NCBI GenBank assembly: GCA_963804995.1
Contig: CAWDSK010000009.1
Location: forward strand, 96,001 to 160,000
DNA: 64,000 nucleotides
Direction: 5' to 3'
Source: an uncultured Acidobacteriota bacterium
GTDB taxonomy: Bacteria > Acidobacteriota > Terriglobia > UBA7540
Below, in pieces: positions 21,277 through 30,630 of the stretch (its first letter is position 1; each line of letters begins with the position of its first letter). A program made the translations under genes and the position numbers. Below the pieces are notes generated by a model. The model saw only the letters and a program-made list of their open reading frames with translations, did no database searches and was not told where the DNA came from.

Positions 21277-24200
21277 CTAGAACAATAACTTCAGCCCAAA
21301 CTGAATCTGGCGGGAAGTGGTGGCGGTATTGGTGATCACTCCCGCCGTAGTTGCCGGCGTGGAGGATGCCGAGGAAAACACCACCGCATTAGGGCTGCCG
21401 AAATTAGCGCGGTTGAACAGATTGAAAAACTCCGCGCGGAATTGCACTCGCACTTTTTCCGTGAGGGTGGTAGTTTTCAGCACGGAGAAATCCAGTTGCG
21501 CCAAACCTGGTCCCGTCAGAACATCCCTTCCCACGTTTCCGTAAGTGCCGGCCGCCGGCAGCACAAACGCGTTGGGATTGAAGTATTGATTAGGGCCGCC
21601 CAGAATCACGCTTCCACTGAACGCCGGATTCCACAAAGGCCGAATGGGATTCCTGCTATCGCCATTGCGCGTTGGATTGAATCCCAATTGCGGCGTGAAG
21701 GGGAAACCGGTTTGCAGCGTTTCAATGGCGCTGATTCGCCAACCGTCGGCCATCTTTCCTTGCCACCCACCCAGATCGCTGAGGAACCTCTTCCCGGACC
21801 CGAAGGGTAGTTCGTATCCGCCGTTGATAGCGGCGAGGTGGCTCACGTTGGAACTGGCGGCGCTCCAATCAAGCCGCGGGCGGAGCGGGAACATCACGAA
21901 GCCCGGCGCGTTGGCTCCCACGCTGCTGTTCATGGCGGTGCCGTCATCCAGGTTTTTGGAATACGTGTAGGCGCCGCGAAGCTGCAATCCGTGGCTCAGG
22001 CGCCGGTTCACATCCACCACCAGCGCGTTATAAGAACTGTCGCCGTTTGAGAACCACGTGGTGGTGTTGGCAAGCTTGGGATTCGCGAGCGGCGCGCCAT
22101 TGGGATAGTAAACCGTTCCAGCGGCCAGGTTCGCAGGGCAAGATGCCGCGGGGCAGATGGTGGGAAACGGCTCATTGGCGTCCACCGACAGCATCTCATG
22201 GTAGCCATGCGAGCCGCGATACCCAACGCTCAAAGATGTGTTCGTAGAAATCTGTTGGTCGATGGTGAAGGTGTAAGAGATGACCGTAGGGGTATAAGCA
22301 TCGGGCTGTATCCCACTCGGAGAGATTAAGCTACCGGCGGGAAGCGGAGCGCCCGGAACAATCTCGAGGCCGGCCAGAGAGATGTTCTTCAGCGATTGGG
22401 TCGCGTTAAAAGGCGCCGTCTGGTCCAGGCGGTAATCAATGTTGTCAAGCAAAGCGCGGTAGATTCCGAAACCGGCGCGAACGGCCGTCCGGCTCTTGCC
22501 AAAGGGATCCCACGCCAGGCCGACGCGAGGCTCATGCAGAAACTTGGCGCGATTGTCTGTAAACACGGAGTTGCCCACGGCGGGCTGCGTCTGGATGACC
22601 CCGTTCGCGAATACGAAATTAGCGGCGCGGCCGTGTGACTCGTTCCAGCCATCGGTGGATTCGGCCCGGAATCCGATGCGCAGATTCAGATTCGAGCGCA
22701 GCTTGATCTGGTCCTGAACGAACCAGGCACCCTCGATCGACCGCCATCCCACCGCCGTGGGCGAAGGAACCACGGTGAACGTCCCAATCTTGCCTTGGAG
22801 GAAGCTGGTGAGACTCCCAAACGAGGCCTGGCCGTATTGGTCCTGCGCCAGGTTGTCGTTCGCCTGAATGCGCTCGAACCACGCTCCGGCTTCGACGGCA
22901 TGCCGGCCGTGGTTGTAATAGATGTGGTCGTCAAGCGTGTAGAGATTGCGCGCCGCCGTCAGGTTACTTCCCGCATTGGTGCCCGCCAGGCTGATTTGGG
23001 ATGCGGCATTGAGCGCCGTGCCACCCCCGATGACGACTGCTCCAATGGGATCGCCCGCCACCCATCCCGGAAGATTGACACGTGTCTGGCCGGTAAAGAA
23101 ATAACTAGCTCGAGAAAAGCCCACGCGCGCCGTATTGAGGAAGGATGTGGAAAAGACGTGTTGCTCCTGCACACTTGCAACCTGCTCACGCAGGCTCTCC
23201 ACAACGTTGCTTAGCGGATTGACCGTGGGCGTGAAATCCGCGCTGTCATCCACGGTGTAGACCCCAAACAACGTGTCCTTCGACGAAAGATTATCGTCAA
23301 TACGCGTGGTGCCGAAATCTTCCCGGATGTGCTGGAGCGGGTGGCTGAAGGCTTCCGCGATGCCCCCTCCCAGGTCCGGGCCGTTTTGTACAGGCCAGAG
23401 CGCCAGCAGCGGCGCGGCGCTTGGTGCAACCCCGACGTTCGCCAACACTCCATTGGACTCCGGCAAATATCCCAGGCGCGCCTGGTTGTCAGGGACCAGC
23501 GTCACATCGCTAAGCCCCAGGTTCTGCCGGAATCCTTCGTAGTTCCCGAAAAAAAGCAGCTTGTCTCTTTTGATCGGCCCGCCCAGCGCGCCGCCGAATT
23601 CGTTGCGCTGGAAGGACGGAACCCGGCCCTGGTCGAAGAAATTGCGCGCGTCCAAAGCGCTGTTGCGGAGGAATTCGTATCCCGTCCCGTGGAATTGGTT
23701 GCTGCCGGACGCTGTAACGATGCTGATTTGGCCACCCGGGCGCTTGCCGTATTCCGCCCCGTACGTATCAGTGACCACATTGAACTCTCGCACCGCGTCC
23801 ACTCCCAGCAGTTGCCCGCTGGCGCCGCCCGGCGTGACGTTGATCAATGAGGCGCCCGTGTATTCAACTCCATTCAGAAGAAATAGGTTGTCCTGGGGAC
23901 GGTGGCCCGAAATCGCAAACATGTTCCCGACCGAGGAATTGGAAGTGCCCACGCCGCCGGACCGTTCCGAGGTGTAATTCACGATCGCCGGGTTGAGGGT
24001 GACCAATTCGTCGTAGCTGCGGCCATTCAGCGGCAGATCCTTCACCTGACGCTCATTCACGAGCCCGGAGGTCTGTTGCAAGGAGAGGTTGACCTGCAAA
24101 GGCGTGGCCTCCACGGTCACAGATTGCTCGATTGCCCCGACGCTTAGGGCGAAATCCACCGCCACAGCTTGCCCCACCACGATGTCAATGCCGGTCTTGA

Positions 24201-24558
24201 TCTGCGACTGGAACCCTTCCTGTGAGGCTGTAACCTTGTACCGGCCCACGGCAATGGAAGGGGCGGCATACAGTCCCGCGCCGTCGGTCGAGAGCTTGCG
24301 GGCGAACCCGGTTTCCAGGTTTTCCACAGAAATCTTGGCGCCTGGCAGCACCGCGCCGGATTGGTCTCGAACCGTCCCTGAGATCGTTCCCCCCACGACC
24401 TGGCTGAACACCGGAACCGCGAGCAAAAACACCAGTCCGAGAACCTGCACGCCAACCATCCGCGGCACATAGGAGCGCTGCCGAAAGATGGCGCCCCGGC
24501 GGGTGTGAGGAAATCCGAAAACCTCTGTTTTCATATCAAATAATCGCTGTCTCATCAC
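21277..24558 (-). CDS. TonB-dependent receptor (Oar-like, carboxypeptidase-regulatory N-domain)
   Basis: ISGTVRDQSGAVLPGA, LPLNGR, FLRNSALDARNFF, C-terminal RQIQFGLKLLF. Confidence 0.93.
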   Translation of the reverse strand: MMRQRLFDMKTEVFGFPHTRRGAIFRQRSYVPRMVGVQVLGLVFLLAVPVFSQVVGGTISGTVRDQSGAVLPGAKISVENLETGFARKLSTDGAGLYAAPSIAVGRYKVTASQEGFQSQIKTGIDIVVGQAVAVDFALSVGAIEQSVTVEATPLQVNLSLQQTSGLVNERQVKDLPLNGRSYDELVTLNPAIVNYTSERSGGVGTSNSSVGNMFAISGHRPQDNLFLLNGVEYTGASLINVTPGGASGQLLGVDAVREFNVVTDTYGAEYGKRPGGQISIVTASGSNQFHGTGYEFLRNSALDARNFFDQGRVPSFQRNEFGGALGGPIKRDKLLFFGNYEGFRQNLGLSDVTLVPDNQARLGYLPESNGVLANVGVAPSAAPLLALWPVQNGPDLGGGIAEAFSHPLQHIREDFGTTRIDDNLSSKDTLFGVYTVDDSADFTPTVNPLSNVVESLREQVASVQEQHVFSTSFLNTARVGFSRASYFFTGQTRVNLPGWVAGDPIGAVVIGGGTALNAASQISLAGTNAGSNLTAARNLYTLDDHIYYNHGRHAVEAGAWFERIQANDNLAQDQYGQASFGSLTSFLQGKIGTFTVVPSPTAVGWRSIEGAWFVQDQIKLRSNLNLRIGFRAESTDGWNESHGRAANFVFANGVIQTQPAVGNSVFTDNRAKFLHEPRVGLAWDPFGKSRTAVRAGFGIYRALLDNIDYRLDQTAPFNATQSLKNISLAGLEIVPGAPLPAGSLISPSGIQPDAYTPTVISYTFTIDQQISTNTSLSVGYRGSHGYHEMLSVDANEPFPTICPAASCPANLAAGTVYYPNGAPLANPKLANTTTWFSNGDSSYNALVVDVNRRLSHGLQLRGAYTYSKNLDDGTAMNSSVGANAPGFVMFPLRPRLDWSAASSNVSHLAAINGGYELPFGSGKRFLSDLGGWQGKMADGWRISAIETLQTGFPFTPQLGFNPTRNGDSRNPIRPLWNPAFSGSVILGGPNQYFNPNAFVLPAAGTYGNVGRDVLTGPGLAQLDFSVLKTTTLTEKVRVQFRAEFFNLFNRANFGSPNAVVFSSASSTPATTAGVITNTATTSRQIQFGLKLLF

Positions 24559-24876
24559 ACTCTCCTCAATGGGTGCGGGAGCACCCGATTGTAAGGTCCG
24601 TCCCGTGGGTTGTGGGGTTTCGTTTCCGACGGCCTATGCCATTCCACTTGCCGTTAATTGGCAAAGTCGAGTCCTCGGTGGGACCCGAGCAACGTTCCCC
24701 GGCTGTTTGCTCTTCGAGATATACATAGCGCCATAAATTGTAGCGGCGGTCTATGACCGCCGGCTGGACTTTGGCCTTTAACTAGATAAAGGCTGTCGGA
24801 AAGTATTTACTTGCAGAAAAGCCAGTCTTCTGATATCTAGTTATATGACTAGATATTCCTCAAGGAGGCTTTTCTC

Positions 24877-25164
24877 ATGGGGTTCCCTACCAAAGTACAG
24901 CTTATCAAACGCCAGGCGAGCGAGCAGTGGTACATCAACTTTCCTTCCGCCCTCGCCCAAGCCATGGAGTTTGCGCGCGGCGAATCGGTCGAATGGTTCG
25001 TCGAAAACAAAGGTCTGCTGGCCCTGCGACGAGCCTCGCCGCCGCCTTCCGTGCTAAAAAAAACTCTACCGGCGTCCTCGCCGAACTCGAACAACTCTGG
25101 AGCCAATGTTTCCCGGGCTTCCGCCAGCGCCGCGTTGCCGCGCACGCCCAAGCCCTCGCGCTGA
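24877..25164 (+). CDS. IS orfA, AbrB/SpoVT-like small protein
   Basis: QWYINFPSALAQAMEFARGESVEWFV swapped-hairpin pattern; AGGAGG RBS. Confidence 0.65.
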   Translation: MGFPTKVQLIKRQASEQWYINFPSALAQAMEFARGESVEWFVENKGLLALRRASPPPSVLKKTLPASSPNSNNSGANVSRASASAALPRTPKPSR

Positions 25165-26504
25165 GCACCTTGCTTTGTCTGGGACGCCATACCGTGACCG
25201 GTCTGCTCACCACTTGCGGCCTGCAGTTCCGTGACTGGACCTCCAGTTACCGGCTCTTCTCCCAGCACCGTCTGCGGGTTGAGGCGCTCTTCTCCGTGGT
25301 GCGCCGCGCGGTGGTGAGCGAACTCGCACCCGGCGCTCCCGTCTGCGCCCTCCTCGATGACTCGCTGTTGCGTCGTTCCGGTCGGCGCACTCCCGGGGTG
25401 GCTTGGCGCCGCGACCCGCTGGGCCCGCGCTTTCAAACCAACTTCGTGCGCGCCCAGCGTTTTCTTCAAACCTCCCTCGCGCTCCCCACTCCCGACGGCT
25501 CCTGCCGCTTGCTCCCCATTGCTTTCCGCCATGCCCCCACGCCCCGCAAGCCTTCCCGGCAGGCCCCCGCCGCCGAGCAGCAGCAGTACCGCACCCAAGC
25601 GCGCGCTGCCCGCCTCGGTCAACGCGCCAGCGAACAGATCCACGATCTGCGTGCGGCCCTTGACTCCGATCCCGCCTCCGCTTCGCGCCTTCTCCTCGTC
25701 GCCTTCGATGGCGGATACACCAACCGCACCGTCCTCAAACGCCTTCCTCCCCATACCACCGCCATCGGCCGGCTCCGCAAAGATGCTCAGTTGCTGTTCC
25801 GGCCCGATCCCCAAACCCAAAAGGCGCGCGGTCGCCGTCTCTGCTACGGGCCTCCCGCTCCCACTCCCGAGCAGGTCCGCACCGACGATGCTCCCTGGCA
25901 GACCTTGACCTTTACCCATCACGGCATTCCCCATCAACTCCGCTTCAAGCGCCGCACCGGCCTCCTGTGGCGTGCCGCCGGCGCCCACCAATTCCTGCAA
26001 CTTGTCGTCATCGCGCCGCTCGCCTATCGTCTGCGCCAAGGTTCCAAGCTGCTCTATCGCCAACCCGCCTTCCTCCTCTGCACCGACGAAAACCTCGACC
26101 CCCAACTCCTCATCACAACTTACTTCCAACGCTGGGACATTGAAGTTAATTTCCGCGATGAAAAAACTCTGCTGGGAGTGGGCCAAGCCCAGGTCCGCTC
26201 CCCCCATTCGGTTGAGTCTGCCCCCGCCTTCACCGTGGCCGCCTATGCCCTCTTGCTCCTCGCTACCCATCGCGCCTTCGCCCGTACCCGCCACGGCCTG
26301 CTGCCGCGCCCCAAGTGGATCCACGCTGCCCCCACTGCCCGCATCTCCACCCAACACGCCATCCATCAACTGCGCGCCGAGGTCTGGGGCCGGGGACTGG
26401 GTCTCGATCATTTCTCCGGCTTCGCGCCTCCCCAACCCTCTACAACGAAGCCCCAGAATTGTACCTTCCCCCTCGCCTCCGCCCTCTGCTACGCCAATGC
26501 TTGA
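25056..26504 (+). CDS. DDE transposase orfB (in -1 frame to orfA; start uncertain)
   Basis: LDDS, FDGGY and YFQRWDIEVNFRDEK = Y(2)R(3)E(6)K signature. Confidence 0.88.
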   Translation, partial: KKNSTGVLAELEQLWSQCFPGFRQRRVAAHAQALALSTLLCLGRHTVTGLLTTCGLQFRDWTSSYRLFSQHRLRVEALFSVVRRAVVSELAPGAPVCALLDDSLLRRSGRRTPGVAWRRDPLGPRFQTNFVRAQRFLQTSLALPTPDGSCRLLPIAFRHAPTPRKPSRQAPAAEQQQYRTQARAARLGQRASEQIHDLRAALDSDPASASRLLLVAFDGGYTNRTVLKRLPPHTTAIGRLRKDAQLLFRPDPQTQKARGRRLCYGPPAPTPEQVRTDDAPWQTLTFTHHGIPHQLRFKRRTGLLWRAAGAHQFLQLVVIAPLAYRLRQGSKLLYRQPAFLLCTDENLDPQLLITTYFQRWDIEVNFRDEKTLLGVGQAQVRSPHSVESAPAFTVAAYALLLLATHRAFARTRHGLLPRPKWIHAAPTARISTQHAIHQLRAEVWGRGLGLDHFSGFAPPQPSTTKPQNCTFPLASALCYANA

Positions 26505-26765
26505 ACTGCAAAAGGCCAAAGGCCAGGCGGCGGTCTATGACCGCCGGTCGGCGCTCATAGAGCGCCGCTACAGCCGAATGCGCAAACACTTATGGCGCTC
26601 TGTATAGTTTGATTGCGAGCGGCGAGCACGCTAAGCAGCGCGGGCAAAAATCAGCAAGCCCCGCGGCTGTGCTACCGTCGCCTGTAAGAGCCGATCCACG
26701 AAACGGGTGATGAAAGGAGAGATACTTTGAAGTGAAGAGTTCCCGCTCACCTGTCGCATGGCCGG

Positions 26766-26840
26766 CTAAATACAGTTCAGCCGACAACCGACTGCGTGTG
26801 ACGCAGCGCGACAACAACGATGAGCAAGATTGCTAACCAT
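26766..26840 (-). CDS. candidate Cys-rich leader peptide MVSNLAHRCCRAASHAVGCRLNCI
   Basis: 24 codons with 4 Cys; ATG 10 nt after a -10 box; same strand as TonB receptor. Confidence 0.4.
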   Translation of the reverse strand: MVSNLAHRCCRAASHAVGCRLNCI

Positions 26841-26850
26841 CCTGAGTGTG

Positions 26851-26879
26851 ATGATAATCAAGTACGGATTTGCTGTCAA
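26851..26879 (-). promoter_or_regulatory. sigma70 promoter facing the TonB receptor
   Basis: TTGACA-N17-TATCAT. Confidence 0.7.
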
Positions 26880-26937
26880 GCAGAACGGTCGATGGCGTCA
26901 TGTGCCATTTCAGCAAGTGTAGCGCAGACCTCCGCTG

Positions 26938-27065
26938 GAAGCTGTGAAAAAATCCCATCAAACCTTTCACCGCGGAGACGCGGAGGCGCAGAGGTTTGAA
27001 AACAAAGGGTCATTTCTCTGCGTCTCAGCGACTCAGCGGTGAAAATGGTATTTTTTCACACCTTC
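26938..27065. mobile_element. MITE inserted in a GTAG-type REP
   Basis: IR GAAG(C/G)TGTGAAAAAAT at both ends; flanked by REP halves GTAGCGCAGACCTC and GAGGTCTGCGG. Confidence 0.6.
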
Positions 27066-27381
27066 CCGTTGAGGTCTGCGGTTCTTCGTGAACCACTGGA
27101 GCGAATGTATCGTGGAGGGATGCAGCCGCCGGTGCCTGTGAATGTGGCTCGAGGTTCGAGCTTAGCGACACAGCCAGGAGTGGCTGTGCTACGTTGTCCC
27201 GGGTTGGAGATTTGGGGTTTTCCAATACGAAGGGCCGCGGACCCCAAAAACGGGGGACCGCGCTACGAAGTGACAAGAGTAGCGTCCCGATGCAGCGGGC
27301 GCTTCTCCCTGTGTCATTTGAGTGAACTTATGGTGGCGCGGCCGGTGGGGCGGAGAACGGCATGCAGAGCGAGTGCGATCG

Positions 27382-27705
27382 TCAAGGGATCGTCATGGGC
27401 TCGGCATCTCGAAGGCGGCGAATGGTTCCGAAGCCGTGGGCCTCTTCGTCCCATTTCACGCCATGCACCGGCACCACCATCTTCGGTCGGACGGCCAAAG
27501 CGAAGGCGCGCAGATCGGCGGCCGAGGCGTGGCCGCTGGTGTGGATGTAGGCAATCTCCGCGCCGCCCTTCTGGCACCATTCCAGCGCTTCCTTGTAATA
27601 CTGCTCCGACAAGCAGCCTTGCCACATGGAGAAGTCGAAGGCGTCATCGGCCGTGGGCACAACGCCGCCAGCCTGATAGTCGCGCAGCAGGGCGCGGCGC
27701 AGCAT
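27382..27705 (-). pseudogene. C-terminal fragment of beta-CASP/RNase J-like metallo-hydrolase
   Basis: HTSGHA and VVPVHG motifs, no HxHxDH N-terminus. Confidence 0.7.
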
Positions 27706-27714
27706 GATGACGTG

Positions 27715-27940
27715 GCGGCACTTTGCGAGGTGGCGCGTGCGTGTTCGAGCAGATCGAGTCCTGTCAGGTCCGCCAGCCGGATTTCCGAGATGATAACGTC
27801 GTAGACCCCCGACTCGATTTTCGTTTTCGCGGCTTGTCCGTTTGAGACGGTTTCCACCCAGTGGCCCTTTTTACTAAGCGCCATCTCCAAAAGCCGGCAA
27901 AGAGATTCTTCGGGATCGATAATCAGCAGTTCGAGACATT
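27715..27940 (-). pseudogene. response-regulator receiver N-terminal fragment
   Basis: LLIIDPEESL..GHWVETVSNG..YDVIISEIRL..GLDLL; degenerate and truncated. Confidence 0.55.
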
Positions 27941-28182
27941 CAAGGCTCCTTATCGCGGATTTTGAAGTTAAAGGCTCGACGGGGCACCCGACAAGGTGGA
28001 ATCGCCGGGCAAGCGGCATCGCGAAGACAGAACTCTATTTCAGCAGAAGTGAGGTCGGGGCACGTCGGACTATTCTTCATGTCAGGGCGTAGCTGCGGAC
28101 TGGGCGGGATTGTAACAGAAAGGGTTGGTTACTGAAACGGCGGATAAGCACGGGTCGGAGGCCGGGGCGGGCTTTCGAGTAT

Positions 28183-28225
28183 CGTAGCGCGGTCCCCCGT
28201 CTTTGGGGTCCGCGGTTCTTCTTCA
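28183..28225. repeat. GTAG-type REP (family C)
   Basis: GTAGCGCGGTCCCCCGTCTTTGGGGTCCGCGG also near 48090 and inverted near 27235. Confidence 0.8.
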
Positions 28226-28797
28226 GATTCGCGCCTCGGATTCTGCGAGCAGATGTCTAGTTTTGCAATTTTTCGTGGGTAGTAACTCAGACCTCAACTG
28301 CAGAGGTCTGCGCTACGCTTACTTACCGCCGCCATTAAATACCAGGGGAATGATCTGCAACTTACCCTGCCCCTTCGGAGCATCGCCCCGACGAGTCGGG
28401 GCGCCAGCCCGCGAACCGAAGACCTCCAAAGCAGGTGTGCGTTCACAGGCAATCGCCCTTGGCGGGCTGGCCGGGAAGCAGAAAGGTCTTCGGATACGGT
28501 CCCTCGCCGCAAATTTTGAATGAACCGAAATCCTTGTACCATTCGCCGTCCGGAACCAGCGGATGGGATTCAACCCATAGCCGGAGTGGGGGAAGCATAA
28601 AGATGCTGACCTGAAGGTCAGCACTACAGGCTATACCCGATGCGCCGGGTTCGAGTTACAACAATTTTGCTTTGGACAAAGCGACGGCGGCGGCACGCCT
28701 ACTGCGTGAAGTGTGCTGCCTACTGCTTTCTGCCTACTGCCTACTGCTTTTCGCATCCTGTCCATCAGGTGTTGGCGAATGGCGGGCGGGGGGGCGA

Positions 28798-28962
28798 AAA
28801 GGTCGGGCTCGGCATCGCGTGTTCGCCTAAACTACGCCCGCAGGCCCACGACTTTTTGTCAATGTAGGGGTTGTCCCAGAAATTGCTCTCCGCGCGGCAT
28901 AGCGCGCGAGGTCCCACCACATTTCCCAACCTCATGCGTTTTTTTCCTATGACTTTTCACTA
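28798..28962 (-). repeat. about 160-bp GGGAC-box element (family D)
   Basis: full copies also at 40684-40845 and inverted 49518-49680; partial copies at 21135-21200 and 61412-61480. Confidence 0.8.
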
Positions 28963-28989
28963 GCGATTCCGTCGCGCATCTCCTCTCTT

Positions 28990-29307
28990 TTACTCCAGTC
29001 GGAACACTTCCTTCATCATGGCAAAGCGCTCGCCCGGTTCGAGGTCGGTGGGCGGCTCGAACAATCGACCCATTTCCTTTTGCCAGCGCAGGTTCGTAGG
29101 GTCCTGGTCGAGAATCCCCCAGGCATGCTCGAAGTCCCCCACCTTCATGACCAGGAAAAGGTCCAGCCCGCGCCGGAAGATGGAGTAATCTGAGATTCCC
29201 ACCTCTTTCAATTTCGCCAGCAACTCCGGCCAGACGTTCTGGTGAGCCCGCTCGTATTCTTCAATCGCGCCCGGCCGCAACCTGAGTCGAAAAGCAATGC
29301 GCTGCAT
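28990..29307 (-). CDS. rhaM: L-rhamnose mutarotase family
   Basis: EEYERAHQNVWPE, GISDYSIF, RWQKEM, EVFRLE. Confidence 0.85.
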   Translation of the reverse strand: MQRIAFRLRLRPGAIEEYERAHQNVWPELLAKLKEVGISDYSIFRRGLDLFLVMKVGDFEHAWGILDQDPTNLRWQKEMGRLFEPPTDLEPGERFAMMKEVFRLE

Positions 29308-29573
29308 TCTGCACCTCCGTCCATTCAAAAGTGTGGTTTGAATCATACCCAGGTACGAAGATGAATCAAGGGCTGACTTCAAAAATCGCCAATCACAAAT
29401 CAGCCCATCGCCCAATCGCCGAATCGCCCAATCGCTCGGTGGCTCGATGGCCCAAGCCCCCAACCGACCCCCAGCCCCCGCCGTGACACACTACCCCACT
29501 TCGGTTATCGGCTGGTTGGTGGCGGAGCATGAGGTTGATGATGTTGGCGGGCGGGCGTTAGACGCGCGCCTCG

Positions 29574-30428
29574 CTACGCGCCCTTCAGGAAGTCTCGGAT
29601 CTTTTCGAAATCCTCGCGCAGGATCTTCTCTTCGCGCGGATTGCGCAGAACGTAGGCAGGATGAACGGTGGGGAGGGCCTTGCACGATCCGAAGTCGTAG
29701 AATTGGCCGCGGATTTTGGTGATTCCTTCCTTGATGCCGAGAACGGTGCGCACGGCGGGCGCGCCCAAGCAGCAAATCAGTCGGGGCTTGATGGCTTCAA
29801 TCTGGCGATAAAGAAAAGGCGAGCAGGCATCCACTTCATCTTTCTCGGGCGTGCGATTTCCGGGTGGGCGGCACTTCACAATGTTACAGATGTACACCTC
29901 TTCGCGCTTCAGACCCACGGCCAGGATCATGCGGTCCAGAAGCTTGCCGGCGCGGCCCACGAAGGGGCGGCCCTGTTCGTCTTCGTCGGCGCCCGGGCCT
30001 TCGCCAATGAATACCAGTTCGGCGTGCGGATTGCCTTCGCCGAACACAATCGTCTTGCGGGTGCCAGCCAGTTTGCAGCGCTGGCAGTCGCCAAGGTCCG
30101 TGCGAATCTCTGTGAGCGTCTCAGGGCCGGAGCGCACGGGTGCCGGCGTCTCAAACAGATTGAACGACGCGACCGGTGGCTGGATGACTGCAGATGGTGC
30201 TGAGGGCGCAGCGGGTTTGGGTGGTAGGGGAGTTGCAGCGCGTGGCGGCGGACTTGGCGATGGGCTTGGCTTGGGCACAGATGCTGAATCCGGTGGAGTG
30301 GCCATAGCCGCAGGGGGACTGGATGGCAGCTCAACTCGGCCCGGCTCGCGGCGATAAAAATCCTCAATCCCGAGTTCGCGGTAGAACTCGAGATATGCCT
30401 TTAATTCCTCACGCAGTCGGTCGTCCAT
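29574..30428 (-). CDS. uracil-DNA glycosylase, family 4
   Basis: CQRC, GEGPG, GRPFVG, KCRPPGNR, HPAYVLR. Confidence 0.93.
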   Translation of the reverse strand: MDDRLREELKAYLEFYRELGIEDFYRREPGRVELPSSPPAAMATPPDSASVPKPSPSPSPPPRAATPLPPKPAAPSAPSAVIQPPVASFNLFETPAPVRSGPETLTEIRTDLGDCQRCKLAGTRKTIVFGEGNPHAELVFIGEGPGADEDEQGRPFVGRAGKLLDRMILAVGLKREEVYICNIVKCRPPGNRTPEKDEVDACSPFLYRQIEAIKPRLICCLGAPAVRTVLGIKEGITKIRGQFYDFGSCKALPTVHPAYVLRNPREEKILREDFEKIRDFLKGA

Positions 30429-30630
30429 ATCTAAAGATCACCCTTTTGTTCCCGAGAGACCCCCTCACCCGCCTGCGGGCCGAAGCTGAAGTTGTTTACT
30501 GCTCCCAATTCCCCCTTCGGTGGGCGAAGGCCCGTCCCGCCCCGGCTGATGAATGCGCCGGTTGCGGTCCACCCTCTCCCCCAAAGGGGAGAGGGCTGTA
30601 AATTTTAATCCACCGCCCTCGGTCGCTACG

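Larger units (their letters stand above)
24764..26526 (+). mobile_element. insertion sequence, IS4-superfamily/IS701-like, 1763 bp, 21-bp direct repeats
   Basis: IR CTGGACTTTGGCCTTT / AAAGGCCAAAGGCCAG; identical flanks GCGGCGGTCTATGACCGCCGG at 24743-24763 and 26527-26547. Confidence 0.92.
24720..26606. mobile_element. TATAC-ended MITE enclosing a REP and the IS
   Basis: 17-bp IR TATACATAGCGCCATAA (24720-24736) / TTATGGCGCTCTGTATA (26590-26606), one mismatch. Confidence 0.65.

Noticed and set aside
24560..24720. Cobalamin or SAM riboswitch before the TonB receptor
   Set aside because: No B12-box or SAM-I core recognised by eye; an Rfam/Infernal scan would settle it.
24849..26519. Long antisense ORFs (also 8524-9579, 30553-31854, 32888-34081, 57702-59369 and most of 11746-13059)
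   Set aside because: Shadow frames of real genes in GC-rich DNA, with no recognisable motifs.
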